NCBI RefSeq assembly: GCF_006345805.1
Contig: NC_043015.1
Location: 20,274,001-20,338,000, forward strand
DNA: 64,000 nt
From: Octopus sinensis
Taxonomy: Eukaryota
Direction of reading: 5' to 3'
Position 1 is the first letter of the stretch. Each line of letters opens with the position of its first letter. This document shows positions 39,018 to 51,838 of the stretch, piece by piece. Both the position numbers and the translations under genes were made by a program. The notes beneath the pieces are model-generated. The model saw nothing but the letters and a program-made list of their open reading frames with translations, made no database searches and had not been told where the DNA came from.

Positions 39018-39926
39018 CGAGAGTGTACCCAAAAGAAACCGGAATTTTGCAATATAATTTTATTGACTTGTTTGTACATGTTTACACTTTCATCTCTTTC
39101 TAAGTATTCTCCATTTGAAGCAATGCATCGGTACAGACGCATTTTCCACTGTTCGAAGCAGCACTGGGACTCTTGTGAAGTGATGCCTCTTAACGCCTCT
39201 GTCGTTTTATTTTTTTCACCTCTTTCACATCTGCAAATTCCATATCACCAGCTTCCGTAATCAATAACGACCTTCGAGAAAAGTTCGGGATCAACTTCCA
39301 GCCGTTTTTTCAGTTCACGACACACATTCAGACGTGACTGCTTTTGATCTTCCGTGAACAAGCGAGGTACAAATTTTGCTGCAACTCTTTTCAGTCGGAA
39401 TTCCTCGCTCATAATTCGTCTGCAGGAGTTCCAAGAGTCACCAGTCATATTAACAGGTTCATCAATTGTTCGGTAACGGCCCTCTAAGATAATTTCATCA
39501 ATTTTCATGATGTTTTCATTCATTCGGCAGGTCGATGGTCGCCCTGATTGAGATTGGTTTTCAAGCGACAAGTCCCAATTTCTAAAGCGTGGAAACCACT
39601 CGTAAACTTGTGTTTTGTTCATGGTAGCCTCCTTGTAAGCTATTTGAGGCATGGGAACTGTTTCGGCCACCATTTTCCCTAGCAGAAAACAGAATTCCAC
39701 GGAAGCACGCTGTTCCTTCGTTTCGGCCATCGAAAAAAAAATCGACGAACTGGGGGAAAGCACTACAAAACAAAGACGCACCACGTGGTAGTAGGATTAC
39801 AGTCGACGACGCCATTTGGCAGACTAATGCCTGGGGATCGCATCAAGTGGCTTCTAGCGGTGGAAGCCTGAACTACAACAGACTTGTCCGAAAGAACGTT
39901 TCCGGTTACTTTTGGGTACTCCCTCG
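39018..39926 (-). mobile_element. internally deleted mariner (909 bp) with both TIRs and TA TSD
   Basis: TIRs CGAGAGTGTACCCAAAAGAAACCGGAA / reverse complement CGAGGGAGTACCCAAAAGTAACCGGAA flanked by TA; ORF MAETKEQRASVEFCFLLGK...GRPST...AKFVPRLF...KVVIDYGSW from 39730, joined to C-terminal FADVKEVKK...CIASNGEYLE. Confidence 0.92.
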
Positions 39927-40799
39927 TACATATATATATAAGTACCACATTCATCTTAATATATATTTACATTTACATATATATATGTACTTGTATTTCT
40001 ATCCACACACACACACACACACACAACACACTATTGACAAATATTTCGTTGACGAAACTAGAATATTTTCTGTGTTTACTAACCTTAATCCAAGATTGAG
40101 AAATAAGGTAAATTCATATTTCTGAATATTATGCATATCAATGTAAAGATAACGTATTTGATATGAAGAAGAAACAGTTCTGTTCCGCATACATCAAAAT
40201 AAATATACATATTCTACATATTTGGTATATCTAAATGTAGTACATCTTTCCTCGTTTAACACAGGGTCTCGCATAAAAAATCCCAGCCATAAAGAAATCG
40301 GTAATAAATGAATCAAATTCACACATTTATAAATGTCACTAAATAAAGATTTATTGACACCAAGACTCGTAACTTACATCAGGAAATCTTGCATCGTCAC
40401 GTATTTTCTTGATAATCTCTATAATTCTCTGTGAAGATACACTTGCTTGTGTCGTTTCTTAGCATCAGACGCCTTCGTATTTATTCTGTTCACTGGCGCC
40501 ATGTCAATGGGTGCACGTAAACCCGTATGAAAAAATACAGCCTCATTGCAAGGTCACATGAGCACAAGCGACATTCAGTGCATTTTGAGTAGCTAAGCAT
40601 TGTGGGCGCTCGCTGGAGCGTATCTTTGTAGCCCAAGTGGAATTCTCGACTGATCACCGACCCGTGTTATCATAGATCAATCTGTGATAAACGTAACTCG
40701 ATTCACAATACGTGTACCGTCACATCCCGGATCAATGACGAATGAACGAGGCTACATGTATTTCGTTTCTGTCATGTGCATATTTTTTGTCTTCATCAA

Positions 40800-40938
40800 G
40801 AGTTGTCAATTAAATCGACCCCAGTGTTCAAGCGGTACTTATTTTATCGACCCCCCGAAACGATGAAAGGTGAAGTCGACCTCGGTGGAATTTGAATTTA
40901 GAAAGTAAATGTTAACGCCTCTGCAAGTTTGCCGCCTT
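40800..40938 (-). mobile_element. SINE family B
   Basis: ATCGACCCCAGTG...GGTACTTATTTTATCGACCCC...GAAAGGTGAAGTCGACCTCGGTGGAATTTGAA...GCAAGTTTGCCGCCTT. Confidence 0.8.
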
Positions 40939-40957
40939 CGACCGTTTCTTAATATTA

Positions 40958-41270
40958 AGAGGTTATGAGTTGGCAGAATTGTTAGCAAACCGGACAAAAG
41001 GCATAATGGCCATTTCAACGTTCTGAGTTCAAATGTCGCCGAGGTCGACTTTACCTTTCGCAGTCGATAAAATAAGTACTAGTTAAGCACTGGGGTCGAT
41101 TTAATCGACTTTCGCCTATCACGAAAGTGCTGGCCTTGTTCCAAAATTTGAAACCAATATTCATGATTGAAATAGGGCGGTTAGCTGGCAGAATCGAGGT
41201 CGATTTAATCGACTTTCTTCTCTCCCTAAATTGCTGGCCTTGTGTCAAAATTCGAAACGAATATTCATGA
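40958..41270 (+). mobile_element. SINE family B plus partial tandem copy
   Basis: GAGTTGGCAGAATTGTTAGC...GAGTTCAAATGTCGCCGAGGTCGACTTTACC; second head GCGGTTAGCTGGCAGAATCG at about 41176 with duplicated AATATTCATGATTGAAAT. Confidence 0.75.
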
Positions 41271-41479
41271 TTGAAATGTTGTTTTGACATTTGATATTGT
41301 ATTAATGAAATAACTCAACTACAAGTAAAACCCAATGTTTAGCCAATTTTTGTGGTGTATTTAATTTTGGTGAACCCCAGAAGGCTGTGGTGTTTAAGAA
41401 AACGATAGCAAAAGAAAGTGGGAGAAGGTTTGAGAAAGACTGGTATGGCGCAATCAAGAACGATCTGTGATGACCGCTC

Positions 41480-41575
41480 ACCACCACCACCATCACCACC
41501 ATCACCATCACCACCATCACCATCACCACCACCACCATCACCATCACCACCACCACCATCACCATCACCACCAAC
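41480..41575. repeat. (CAC/CAT)n microsatellite
   Basis: Direct reading. Confidence 0.9.
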
Positions 41576-42237
41576 GGTAACAGTAGAAAGACCAACACTC
41601 TCGCCAAACCAATGCAGAAATACCAGATAAGCAAGGAAATGGTTTATCTGAAGCAATAGATCGGGTCTTTCGACTAAGTATGGACATGTTATAGCTCGGT
41701 GTGATCAAAAACTGATCAAAGCAGCAACAACAACGAGAATAATATTAACAACGACAGCACCACCACCGCTCTACGGCTACAATCCGAATTACAAAAAAAC
41801 AAAAGAAAACAACGGCTATAACAACAACAATAAAAATGATGATATAAGAATATATTTGATTATGAAATACCATAAACCTAACAAACTAAAAACAAATAGT
41901 ACCCCACCCAACAGCGGTGCGAAAAATACTGAAACTTAAAACACAAAGAAACGTAAAAATCAATCAGCTTCGATGAAAATTCATTGCTTGTACAAATCAG
42001 ATCGATGTTAATAGGTGGGAATAATACAAATTGTTTATAATGATAGCGAAGCATACCATTGACCTAATCTTTATGCATGGATATATATACACACACATAC
42101 ACCCACCCATCAACGTGTGTGTGTGTGTATGGAGTGTTGTACTAATTTTATTTAAAAAATGTTCTGTACCACACACTCACACTCATATATTAATGTCCAT
42201 GTGTGTGTGTGTGTGTATGTAGTATGTATGTATTATA

Positions 42238-42272
<35 letters not shown>

Positions 42273-42399
42273 ATATATATATATATATATATATATATAA
42301 CTTACTTGGAAGAGATGCGTGGCGCTCAATCATATAATAATAAATAATATATATATGCATATATATACATACATATATATATATACATATATATATATA

Positions 42400-42435
<36 letters not shown>

Positions 42436-42650
42436 TATATATATATATATATAAACATTTACGGCTATGTATTTATATATATGTGTGCGTTGTGTGTTAT
42501 TATATATGTATATTTAGGTCTATGCATGTGTGAAGTTACATTTATAAATACTTATACATATTTACACTCATATGTACACGCGTGTAAGTGTATACACCTG
42601 ATTGTATGTGTATGTGTGCATTTATATACAGACACACACACGCGCACACG

Positions 42651-42704
<54 letters not shown>

Positions 42705-43219
42705 CACATATATCTGCATGTCGTTGCATTTATAAACGTGTATATATATTTATGTATGTGTGTGTGTGTGTACTCACCCGCACGTATTTACACAGACACA
42801 TAAATATATACATAGAAATGCATATATTGGCATTAGTCAGTCACACATTCAGTACTTCAATACTTCATTGTAAGCTGTTTTACCAACTTTCCCTTGAACA
42901 GATAACCCCAGGTTTCGCCCACACACAGACACACACACACGCAATTTAATATTTACACATCCATGTGTATATACACTCACCTATATACAGTGGTGTATTT
43001 AATGTGATTGTCCAATGCCTCTATACGGTTCATTAGTTACCTTTCATGTATGTCACCTGTTATTGTCCTGTCAAAATGGACGTTCATTCACGATATATTT
43101 GTATCATGGAGCGCATGTCTTGCTTTAGAAGATATATATTTTTGTAATGTATATATGTAATCGGTGTGTGCGCGTATATAAGTATGCGATGAGTGAATAC
43201 ATGCATTTTTGTGTGTAGT

Positions 43220-43251
<32 letters not shown>

Positions 43252-44487
43252 AATAAATATACACACACACATACACACACATACATATATATAAATATAC
43301 ATATACATATATACACATATATATATATACATATACTCATATAGGCATATATACATATATAAAAACACACATATATATACACATGTATATATACACATAT
43401 ATACACACACACACATATATATATATATACATCTAATATAGATACATATAAGTATATATACATACATACATATATTTATATATATATATATGTGTGTGTG
43501 TACGTATATATGCATATATGGGGACACAAGTATATTTATATATATTATGGTATGTATACTTTTCTTACATAAGTAAAGTTCTTTGCAGACTTGAAGTTGT
43601 TCACTAGCAAATTGACAAGGCTTTTTTGTTCGTGTCAAGACAACTGCAGGTATTTGTGATTACGTGAGAGCGAGTGCGTTTGCACAAACCTGTGTGTGCA
43701 GGTGTATGTGTAGATATGCTTCGATTTATGTTAAGCGGGTGCATATCTCAGCGGATTTGACTGCGCGTTTTGTATGTACGCATGTATGTAGGCAGCTTAC
43801 TGTGTGCATACGTCTATTCTAAGAAACTCAAATGAAGAGTCTGAAATCTTTATAAATCTTCAGTGTACCATTACTCGATCGGATTTGTAAGATACAATCA
43901 ATTTGTTTTGTTCTTTCTTTGAAAAATCTCCAAAAATGTTATGTAAATCTGTTGTTACATAGGCCAGTATGTCTCACGTAAATTGAACGAATACAATCCT
44001 GCAGCCTCAACAGAAGAGCTCCAGGTTCCTCTTTATATCACCATAGAACCACAAATAGTCTCTTGTCCAAGAGTTTTATACGTGACATTCACATTTACCG
44101 GATGTCTGACCTTTACTGCTGTGCATGGTACTGGTTCCTTACCCGTACCGGGTGGTTGAACTCTTTTGGAGTACATAATTCTGGTTTCTTGTCCATGTCT
44201 GGTAGCTTTGGTCCCCTACCCAAACCAGATAACTGCTCATGAAACGACATCAGGTCTGTTATATATGTATGATATTCTCACCAGATTGCTGCTTTTATTG
44301 GCATGTTCCAGCGGCATTCAGTTTCTGGTATGTGTTTGGCATGGCTGGCAGTTGGGAAATATATCCAGCAGAATAAATTATAAATTGTTTGCACAACAAT
44401 ATCATGCCTAATGGATTAATTAGCATATTGCAGACATTTCGTTCTCGTGTGTTGGTGGCAGTGTGTGTAGCTGCTGATCATTTAGGA

Positions 44488-44778
44488 CAGTGAACCTCAG
44501 CCAGTTTTTGCCTATGAACCATTTTGATTCCAACTTTAGTTTCCTGAACACCCACAGACATTGAATGTTTTAAAGAAATCCCATTACATTTTTGTAGTTA
44601 GATATTGGGAATACTATAAAAAAATTTGTTACAAAATTTCGTGTATCTTAGAAATGTAACCAGTTTATCTCGATAAACTTTAATAACAAAATCCTATATG
44701 GATCCCTAACCGACCGTATGGACATTTAAGGGACATATGAACCCTAAGGGCCAAACGAACCCCGATTGAGAACCACTG
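44488..44778. mobile_element. hAT-type MITE (CAGTG...CACTG ends)
   Basis: Left CAGTGAACCTCAGCC, right GATTGAGAACCACTG, resembling the CAGTGGTTCTCAACC terminus of Charlie/hAT MITEs; 8-bp TSD not preserved. Confidence 0.5.
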
Positions 44779-45240
44779 AAGGGGACTCTTATCTTGCTCT
44801 GTTTGCAATTGATATTTTCTATTAGAAGTTGGAGGTTTGGCGGTGATATTGTGTTATTTATGTCTTGGAGGGAGCTGGAATCTTTCACTTCTTATTTTTA
44901 CTCATTAACTCGCATCCATGCTGGAGCACCATCTGAGAGGATTTAGTTAATCCAAGTGATCGTCGCCCCTACTGGGATAATTCTATTTCGGAAGTGTTTG
45001 ATCATTTATATTTTTTGCAGAATCGCTAATTTATGGGGATGTGACCAAACCTACATCAAACTATAAGCGTACATACAACATTTATGTACATACACAAAAG
45101 GCTTCCGTGCAGTTTCTGCAAGCCAAATTTTCATATAAGAGCCTGGTCGGTCTAGAGTTATACTAGAAAATATCCGCGGCCTGGAACTAAACTCGAAATC
45201 ATGAAGTTTGGAATTAGATTTCATTCGTGCTTGCGTTTAT

Positions 45241-45271
<31 letters not shown>

Positions 45272-45278
45272 GACAGAC

Positions 45279-45495
45279 AGCTCGACCTCTCTTTTCTCCC
45301 ATACACATACATAATATATACATATATATAACACTAATATAATATATATATTATATATATTATAATATATATATATATACATACATGTACATATATACAT
45401 ATCCAGTTACATTTAAACTATATACACACAATATGTATATATAAAGGTAATATATATCAATATCATATGTGTAATGTATATATATATAATGTATA

Positions 45496-45544
<49 letters not shown>

Positions 45545-45930
45545 AATGTATATACATACAAACAAGATATCTATCTACAATTATATTTAGACTCTCTCTC
45601 TCGTTACACACGCACAGCTTGACCTCTCTTTTTTCCCTACACACAGACATACACATATGCATAATATATACATATATATATAACACTATATATATGTATA
45701 CGTATACTTATCCAATTATATTTAAACTATATACACACAATATGTATATATGTATATAAAGGTATATCTATATAAAGGTATATCTATATATATATATATC
45801 ATATGTGTATATGTATATATAAATATTGTATATATATATATAATGTATATATACATATATACATAAATGTATATACATATACATACAAACAAAAGATATC
45901 TATCTACAATTAAATTTAGACACTCTCTCT
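45279..45930 (+). repeat. local tandem duplication (about 320-bp units)
   Basis: GACCTCTCTTTT, TTTAAACTATATACACACAATATGTATATA and AAGATATCTATCTACAATTA each occur twice in the same order. Confidence 0.8.
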
Positions 45931-46139
45931 CTCTTGTTAGGCACACACACACACACACACACTTTAGCAATAGATAAAGTAGGGTTGTACGTTAAATCTC
46001 TGTTTACATTGGAGTCAGTGATTTCTGATTTCCAAAGTGAACATGAAAGGACGTTTATTATTCGCTTTCATCTTCACTTTGTTGAACTGAACTAACGATA
46101 TGTTTTTAAAAAATTTAAAACCACACATACACACACGCA

Positions 46140-46184
<45 letters not shown>

Positions 46185-46252
46185 ACACACACACACACAC
46201 ACACACGCGCGCGCACACATACAAATACAGACACGTTGTCTTACAGAAAGAC

Positions 46253-46319
46253 ACATCGACTTAACACGGCGAATAATGCGAACACTGTTAGTTCATTGTA
46301 TGTAAGATATATATACATG

Positions 46320-46355
<36 letters not shown>

Positions 46356-46423
46356 TATATATACATGTATATATATCTTACATACAATGAACTAAGTGTT
46401 CGCATTATTCGCCATGTTAAGTC

Positions 46424-46428
<5 letters not shown>
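46253..46428. repeat. palindrome with about 66-bp arms centred on a (TA)n tract
   Basis: ACATCGACTTAACACGGCGAATAATGCGAACAC...CATG / CATG...GTGTTCGCATTATTCGCCATGTTAAGTCGATGT. Confidence 0.95.
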
Positions 46429-46508
<80 letters not shown>

Positions 46509-47407
46509 TTTATGTGTGTGTGTGTATAGATATACATATATGTATGCACTCATACATTTAATCAGATAAATATATATGTAAGAATATATAAAGTGTCTGT
46601 ATGCATATATACATGCATACATATATATAGATATACATATATAGATATGTTGCGCATTCTGTGCGCGGGTGCGTGTATGCATGTGTGTGTGTGAGTGTGT
46701 GTGTGTGTGTTGTTCTCGATCACTACCGATCATGACAGCTTTTATAGTTATTTAACTGCCTCCCTCCAGGCATCTTTTTGATCAGCTACGGATGTCCATG
46801 ACACCACATTTCCAAATCTCATTTTGTTTCTTTTCACATCTATGTTCCCCGTGGCTCCCATATATGTTACATTTATACAGCAGGCGAGATCGTCAGCTCT
46901 GTCTTTGCTCTTTTGATACTGATAAGTGTCTGCTGTTGACGTTGTTATTTAGCTTGAGGTCAACTCCGACCGCGTAGCCGTTTTGTCGTAGGCACTTCAA
47001 CTTTTTGCTTGAAGGTATCTTGGACACTATTACTTAATGTGTCCCCTTTTCCCTAAAACGCTCTCATGTATAATTGAATGGATATTTGGTTCGGTATTTC
47101 TAGTTGATCCGGGACCCAGCCTACCAGCTACAGGAAAAAGAATTGGAACCTCATCATGCAGCCCGGTGTAGTCAACCAAGGGTTTTCACGAGAACGACCC
47201 ATTGGTATGAAACCTGATGAGGGTAGAACGATGCTTGATGATGGTGGTGTTGGTGGTGGTAGTCGTTGATTGAATCAATCGCTAATGTTTTATAGTAACG
47301 ATATAATAAATCTAGATCTGGCAAAGATATTGATATAGTAACGATATGAATATAATAACAATACAGATACAGCACCGATATGGATATCGTAGGATATATC
47401 GTTACTG

Positions 47408-47745
47408 TGAAGGCGCATGGCTCAGTAGTTAGAGCGTCGAGCTTACGATCGTGAGGTTGTGAGCTCGAATCCCGGACCGGGTTGCGTGTTGTGTTCTTGA
47501 ACAAGACACTTTATTTCACGTTTCTCCAGTTAACTCAGCTGTAGAATTGAGTTGTGACATCACTGGTGCCAAGCTGTACCAGCCGTTGCCTTTCCCTTGG
47601 ATAACATCGTTGGCGTGGAGAGGGGAGGCCGGTATGCATAGGCGACTGCTGGCCTTCCATAAACAATCTTGCCCAGACCTGTGCCACGGAGGGTAACTTT
47701 CTAGGTACAATCCCATGGTCTGTGTCGTGACCGAAAGGGGTCTCA
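47408..47745 (+). mobile_element. SINE family C, full length
   Basis: GGCGCATGGCTCAGTAGTTAGAGCG...GCTCGAATCCCGG...TGTGTTCTTGAACAAGACACTTTATTTCACG; flanked by ATATCGTTACT at 47396-47406 and 47748-47758. Confidence 0.85.
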
Positions 47746-47859
47746 GAATATCGTTACTATATCTATTGTAGATAAAGATATAATAACGATAGAGATATGA
47801 TAGATCTAGATATAGTAAGTCTAGATATCATAGTATCGACTAGACCACCAGATGCTGTT

Positions 47860-48110
47860 ATACACCGTAGGTCACAATGCGCTTGCAATTCTGTCTCAAT
47901 TGCGCCATTCATTTCCATGACTAAAATTGCTTGTCTAAGTCATTTTTCAAACGTTGTGGTGTCCTTCCAGTTCGCCTTTTCCGATCTCTTGGATACCACA
48001 CGGCAACTGCACGGGTCTGCCTTTTGTCTGTGAACCTTGCGACATGTCCAGCTCAGTGGAAATTGCGCATACGGTACTTTGTGACCACATCGTTTACTCC
48101 GCTCCGTTCT
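47860..48110 (-). mobile_element. RTE-clade LINE 3' fragment
   Basis: Minus strand RERSGVNDVVTKYRMRNFH*AGHVARFTDKRQTRAVAVWYPRDRKRRTGRTPQRL matches the RTE W-AGHVAR...W-PR..KR.RGRP motif. Confidence 0.75.
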
Positions 48111-48239
48111 CGAATTATAACATTTTGAAACTGTTCTCGAAGTCTAGATATACTAACGATTACGCCGCTAGGACAATTACAGCTGCCTTCCATAGGACAG
48201 TTCCTCCCGACGACAACTACCCCTTGGGATAATTACCCC

Positions 48240-48585
48240 TCTTGGGGCATCTGCTTGGCCTGCGAGATTCCCAGATCTCACCGTGTGTGATTTTTTTCTT
48301 GTGGGGGTATGTAAAAGTTCGCGTTTATCTTCCACCACTACCCACGGACTTCGATGACCTTAAACATCGAATGACAGCGGCGATCAACTCAGTGGATCGT
48401 GATATGCTGATACGAGTCTGGGAGGAATTCTCTTATCGCAGGTGGTGGCCACATTGAACACTTGTAAGACAGGAAATAAAAGTTGATTGTGAGTAAATAC
48501 TTGTGACTTCGCTAGAGTTTTCTATTGTTTTTGCTTATCAAAATATTGCGTAATGAAATCAGTTCATTCTTTTTGAATAACCCTG
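48240..48585 (+). mobile_element. IS630-Tc1-mariner superfamily transposase 3' fragment with right TIR
   Basis: SAWPARFPDLTVCDFFLWGYVKVRVYLPPLPTDFDDLKHRMTAAINSVDRDMLIRVWEEFSYR...GGHIEHL; ends ...GAATAACCCTG|TA. Confidence 0.8.
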
Positions 48586-48586
48586 T

Positions 48587-48786
48587 ATATCATTAGCATA
48601 TGTATATCTATTGACTATATATCGTTACTGAGTCTAGGACATTTAACCACCATGGAAAATAACCCCCACAAAGGACATTTACCCTTGAGGACAACAGATG
48701 ATTTAAAACTTCTTAATATGTTTGAGAGGGGGTAATTGTCTTTATGGGGTTATTATAGTCAATAGATATGCATATGGTAATGATAT
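48587..48786. mobile_element. MITE-like element with nested inverted repeats
   Basis: Outer 32-bp IR ATATCATTAGCATATGTATATCTATTGACTAT; inner IR AATAACCCCCACAAAGGACATTTACCC / GGGTAATTGTCTTTATGGGGTTATT. Confidence 0.55.
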
Positions 48787-49862
48787 AGATATATCAGAAA
48801 TATAGATATAGTAAGAATACAGACGTTTTTGAAAAATATATAGAATATATAGATATAATAACAAACCAAGGAATAAGCCTGAAAGTTGTCGCTGAACTCA
48901 TTACAAAAAATTAGACACGAAATCTTCAGTCACGGTTTAAAGTCTTATTGAAAAGACGCAGCATATAATTGCTTATGGATTAATTGCAAAGAAAGGCAGG
49001 TTATGTGTGCCCTTATCAAAAGGAGCTCTTGGATTGGTTGTGATTTCAACTGGAGAAATAATCCACAGCTCAAAGATTATCCTCGTTCCCGGCCAAGCGT
49101 GACTCTAATGTTTAGACGGTTTCTGATTCTACTGAAGGTACCAATAAAAGCCCAGTGAGTTCTAGGTGTCTGAGATGAGTTCCATATACGTTAAATCCCT
49201 ACAAATAGATACGTCTAAATACAATGAGATATTGTTACATTTGGAACGCCATCAATGTTAGGTTTACTCAGCCACGTGCTGAGTATCACGGTGCTAAACA
49301 TAGCAAGTATTTGCTTGGCGCGGGAAATGATAAATTATTGATATTCAGCATATCTATAACTAGGTATGTCTAAATAGTCATGGCTGGAATACCCTCGATT
49401 ATATTTCTGCTTAATCACGTGCTAAACAACAACAACTAATACTACTACTATTACTAACATAATAATAATAAATATTTCTTTGTTGTTGCCAGATAATGAA
49501 ATCAACCAACCAGCCAATCGGACAACTCAAAAACTGAACGAAACAACCAAAATATGCTAAATGTTCTCTCTGACTAAATCTTGTCTATTATGGACAGCCA
49601 TTATACATGGAGACCATTCTCGTTAGTAAGAACTGCCAGAATTTATTGCTGTTGCCAACATCATCACTGTTAAAACTATTGATTCCACCTTATTATTATT
49701 GGACTGACAATAATAATGTAAAATTTTCGCTGATGTTTATAATAGATAGGGCGTTTTGTAAGGCAAATATATACAAATTTACACATGTATACATACTGAT
49801 AGACTCTCCCTCTCTCTCTCTCTTACACACACATACGTATGTGTGTGTGTAAGTGTGAGTGC

Positions 49863-49899
<37 letters not shown>

Positions 49900-50086
49900 G
49901 ACATGTGACAATTATTCGGGTGCTATAATAAAACTCAAGGTTTCAGATGTCGTGGCGGAAGTCTGCTCCGGCATGTCGTCAGTTATCAAAACAAACTTAA
50001 TGACTAACGAGATGCCGGAGCAGATTCCGCCCCGACATCCGAAACTCTGAGTTTTATTATGGCAACCGACTAATTGTGACATATGA
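49900..50086. mobile_element. hairpin MITE-like element (arms about 85 bp)
   Basis: ATGTGACAATTATTCGGGTGCTATAATAAAACTCA...TCTGCTCCGGCAT / ATGCCGGAGCAGA...TGAGTTTTATTATGGCAACCGACTAATTGTGACAT. Confidence 0.7.
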
Positions 50087-50158
50087 TATTATAGATAGAT
50101 GCCTCTATTTACATAATATCGAGTTCTCATTGTTTCTTTTGTTGTCATACTATTACTA

Positions 50159-50204
<46 letters not shown>

Positions 50205-50210
<6 letters not shown>

Positions 50211-50415
50211 GTTAATCCAAACAAGAAAGCACAAAAAAACACAAAAAACGCGAGGACGTGGAACAAATATAGTATTATTGGACGCTCAGGAAAGAAGGTA
50301 AGAAGGAGGGTTTAACGTTTCGAGCGGAGCTCTTCGTCGGAAACATAGGAGTAGGAAAGATCCAGAGAAGGGAAGACAGAGGAAAAAAATCGCCAACGGT
50401 ACACACGCGATCACA
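50205..50415 (-). mobile_element. Penelope-type tail family P2
   Basis: Reverse complement CGTTGGCGATTTTTTTCCTCTGTCTTCC...GAAGAGCTCCGCTCGAAACGTTAAACC...CTGAGCGTCCAATAATAC. Confidence 0.7.
50310..50344 (-). ncRNA. hammerhead motif with core variant CCGACGA
   Basis: Minus strand GTTT-CCGACGA-A-GAGC-TCC-GCTC-GAAA-CG-T-T-AAAC. Confidence 0.45.
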
Positions 50416-50567
50416 TTTTATATATATATATATATATATGGTTAATGAAAGGCGAACGGGAACGTGATGTCTTTGCAGCTTTTTTAATAAAGCATATTAT
50501 TCTACTTCCGGTATTCAAGTACTATTTTTTCCACCTTGTTTCACATTTATGTGCTTACTTCAGTATA

Positions 50568-50698
<131 letters not shown>

Positions 50699-51084
50699 CA
50701 TATTTTCTATATTTTCCAAGTCTTTTACTTCTACCAATATAAAACCCGTTTAAGTAGTGTTGTTTTACTTCTGGAATGCACATCTCCCTATCTCCTGCAT
50801 TGCAATTCATATTCACACATATTCATATTTCAATACACAGTTTGTAATATAGATAAAGAATGAGGACCAATTTTAGAAATATTCGGGTCATTATTTAGGA
50901 ATTAATTACGGGTAAAAGGCTGAAAGTAGTAAATTAATTGATATCAATATTTAATTATTACACTATTACACCACCATCGCTCCCATCACTACTACTACCA
51001 CTACTACTACTACTACTACTTCTACTACTACTACTACTACTACTACTGCTGCTGCTGCTTCTGCTGCTGCTGCTGCTGCTGTTG

Positions 51085-51405
51085 CAGGCGCATGACTTAG
51101 TGATTAGGGCATTTTGTTCAAGATGGTAAGGTTGTGATTTCGATTCCTGGTGGCGTGTTGTGTCCTTAAGCAAGACACTTGATTTCACGTTGCTCCACAT
51201 CACTCACCTAGCAAAAATAAGTTTTTACCTGTAATTCAAAGGGCCAGCGATGACACATTCTGTGTCACGCTGAATCTCCCCGAGAAATGCGTTAAAGTTA
51301 TGGTTGTCTTTGAAGCATTCAACCACTTGTCCGTTAATTTACAAATCTAGCTGTTCCGTTGATTGAATCAACTTGAACACACCCCGTCGCAACCGACGGA
51401 GTGCC
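51085..51405 (+). mobile_element. SINE family C-related (different 3' half)
   Basis: GGCGCATGACTTAGTGATTAGGG...TTCGATTCC...TTGTGTCCTTAAGCAAGACACTTGATTTCACGTTGCTCC. Confidence 0.75.
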
Positions 51406-51435
51406 AGTTGATACTAGTACTACTACTACAACACA

Positions 51436-51481
<46 letters not shown>

Positions 51482-51566
51482 TTAGAACCTGGCAACAACT
51501 ACAGCAGCAAAATAACAATATCAATTGCAAGAAATATAACACAACGCAAAAGCAAGAATAATACGA

Positions 51567-51667
<101 letters not shown>

Positions 51668-51802
51668 CATCGTCGCTACAAAAAACAACAATAAAGACAG
51701 AAGCCGTTTCAAAAGCAAAAACAACAGCAGAAATAAAACTAACAACAAAAACAATAACACAAATAACAAGAAGACAACGGCAAAACGATTAATGATGCAA
51801 AA

Positions 51803-51838
<36 letters not shown>

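Noticed and set aside
40260-40760. Segment starting CAGGG like a Tc1 TIR
   Set aside because: No matching right TIR or transposase peptide found.
43589-43649. 61-nt plus-strand AG/GT-bounded segment open in one frame (DLKLFTSKLTRLFCSCQDNC)
   Set aside because: No recognisable homology; expected by chance in 64 kb; needs RNA-seq.
43950-44420. Higher-complexity stretch, possibly an old RTE- or CRE-like LINE remnant
   Set aside because: Motif matches are too fragmentary to assign a family.
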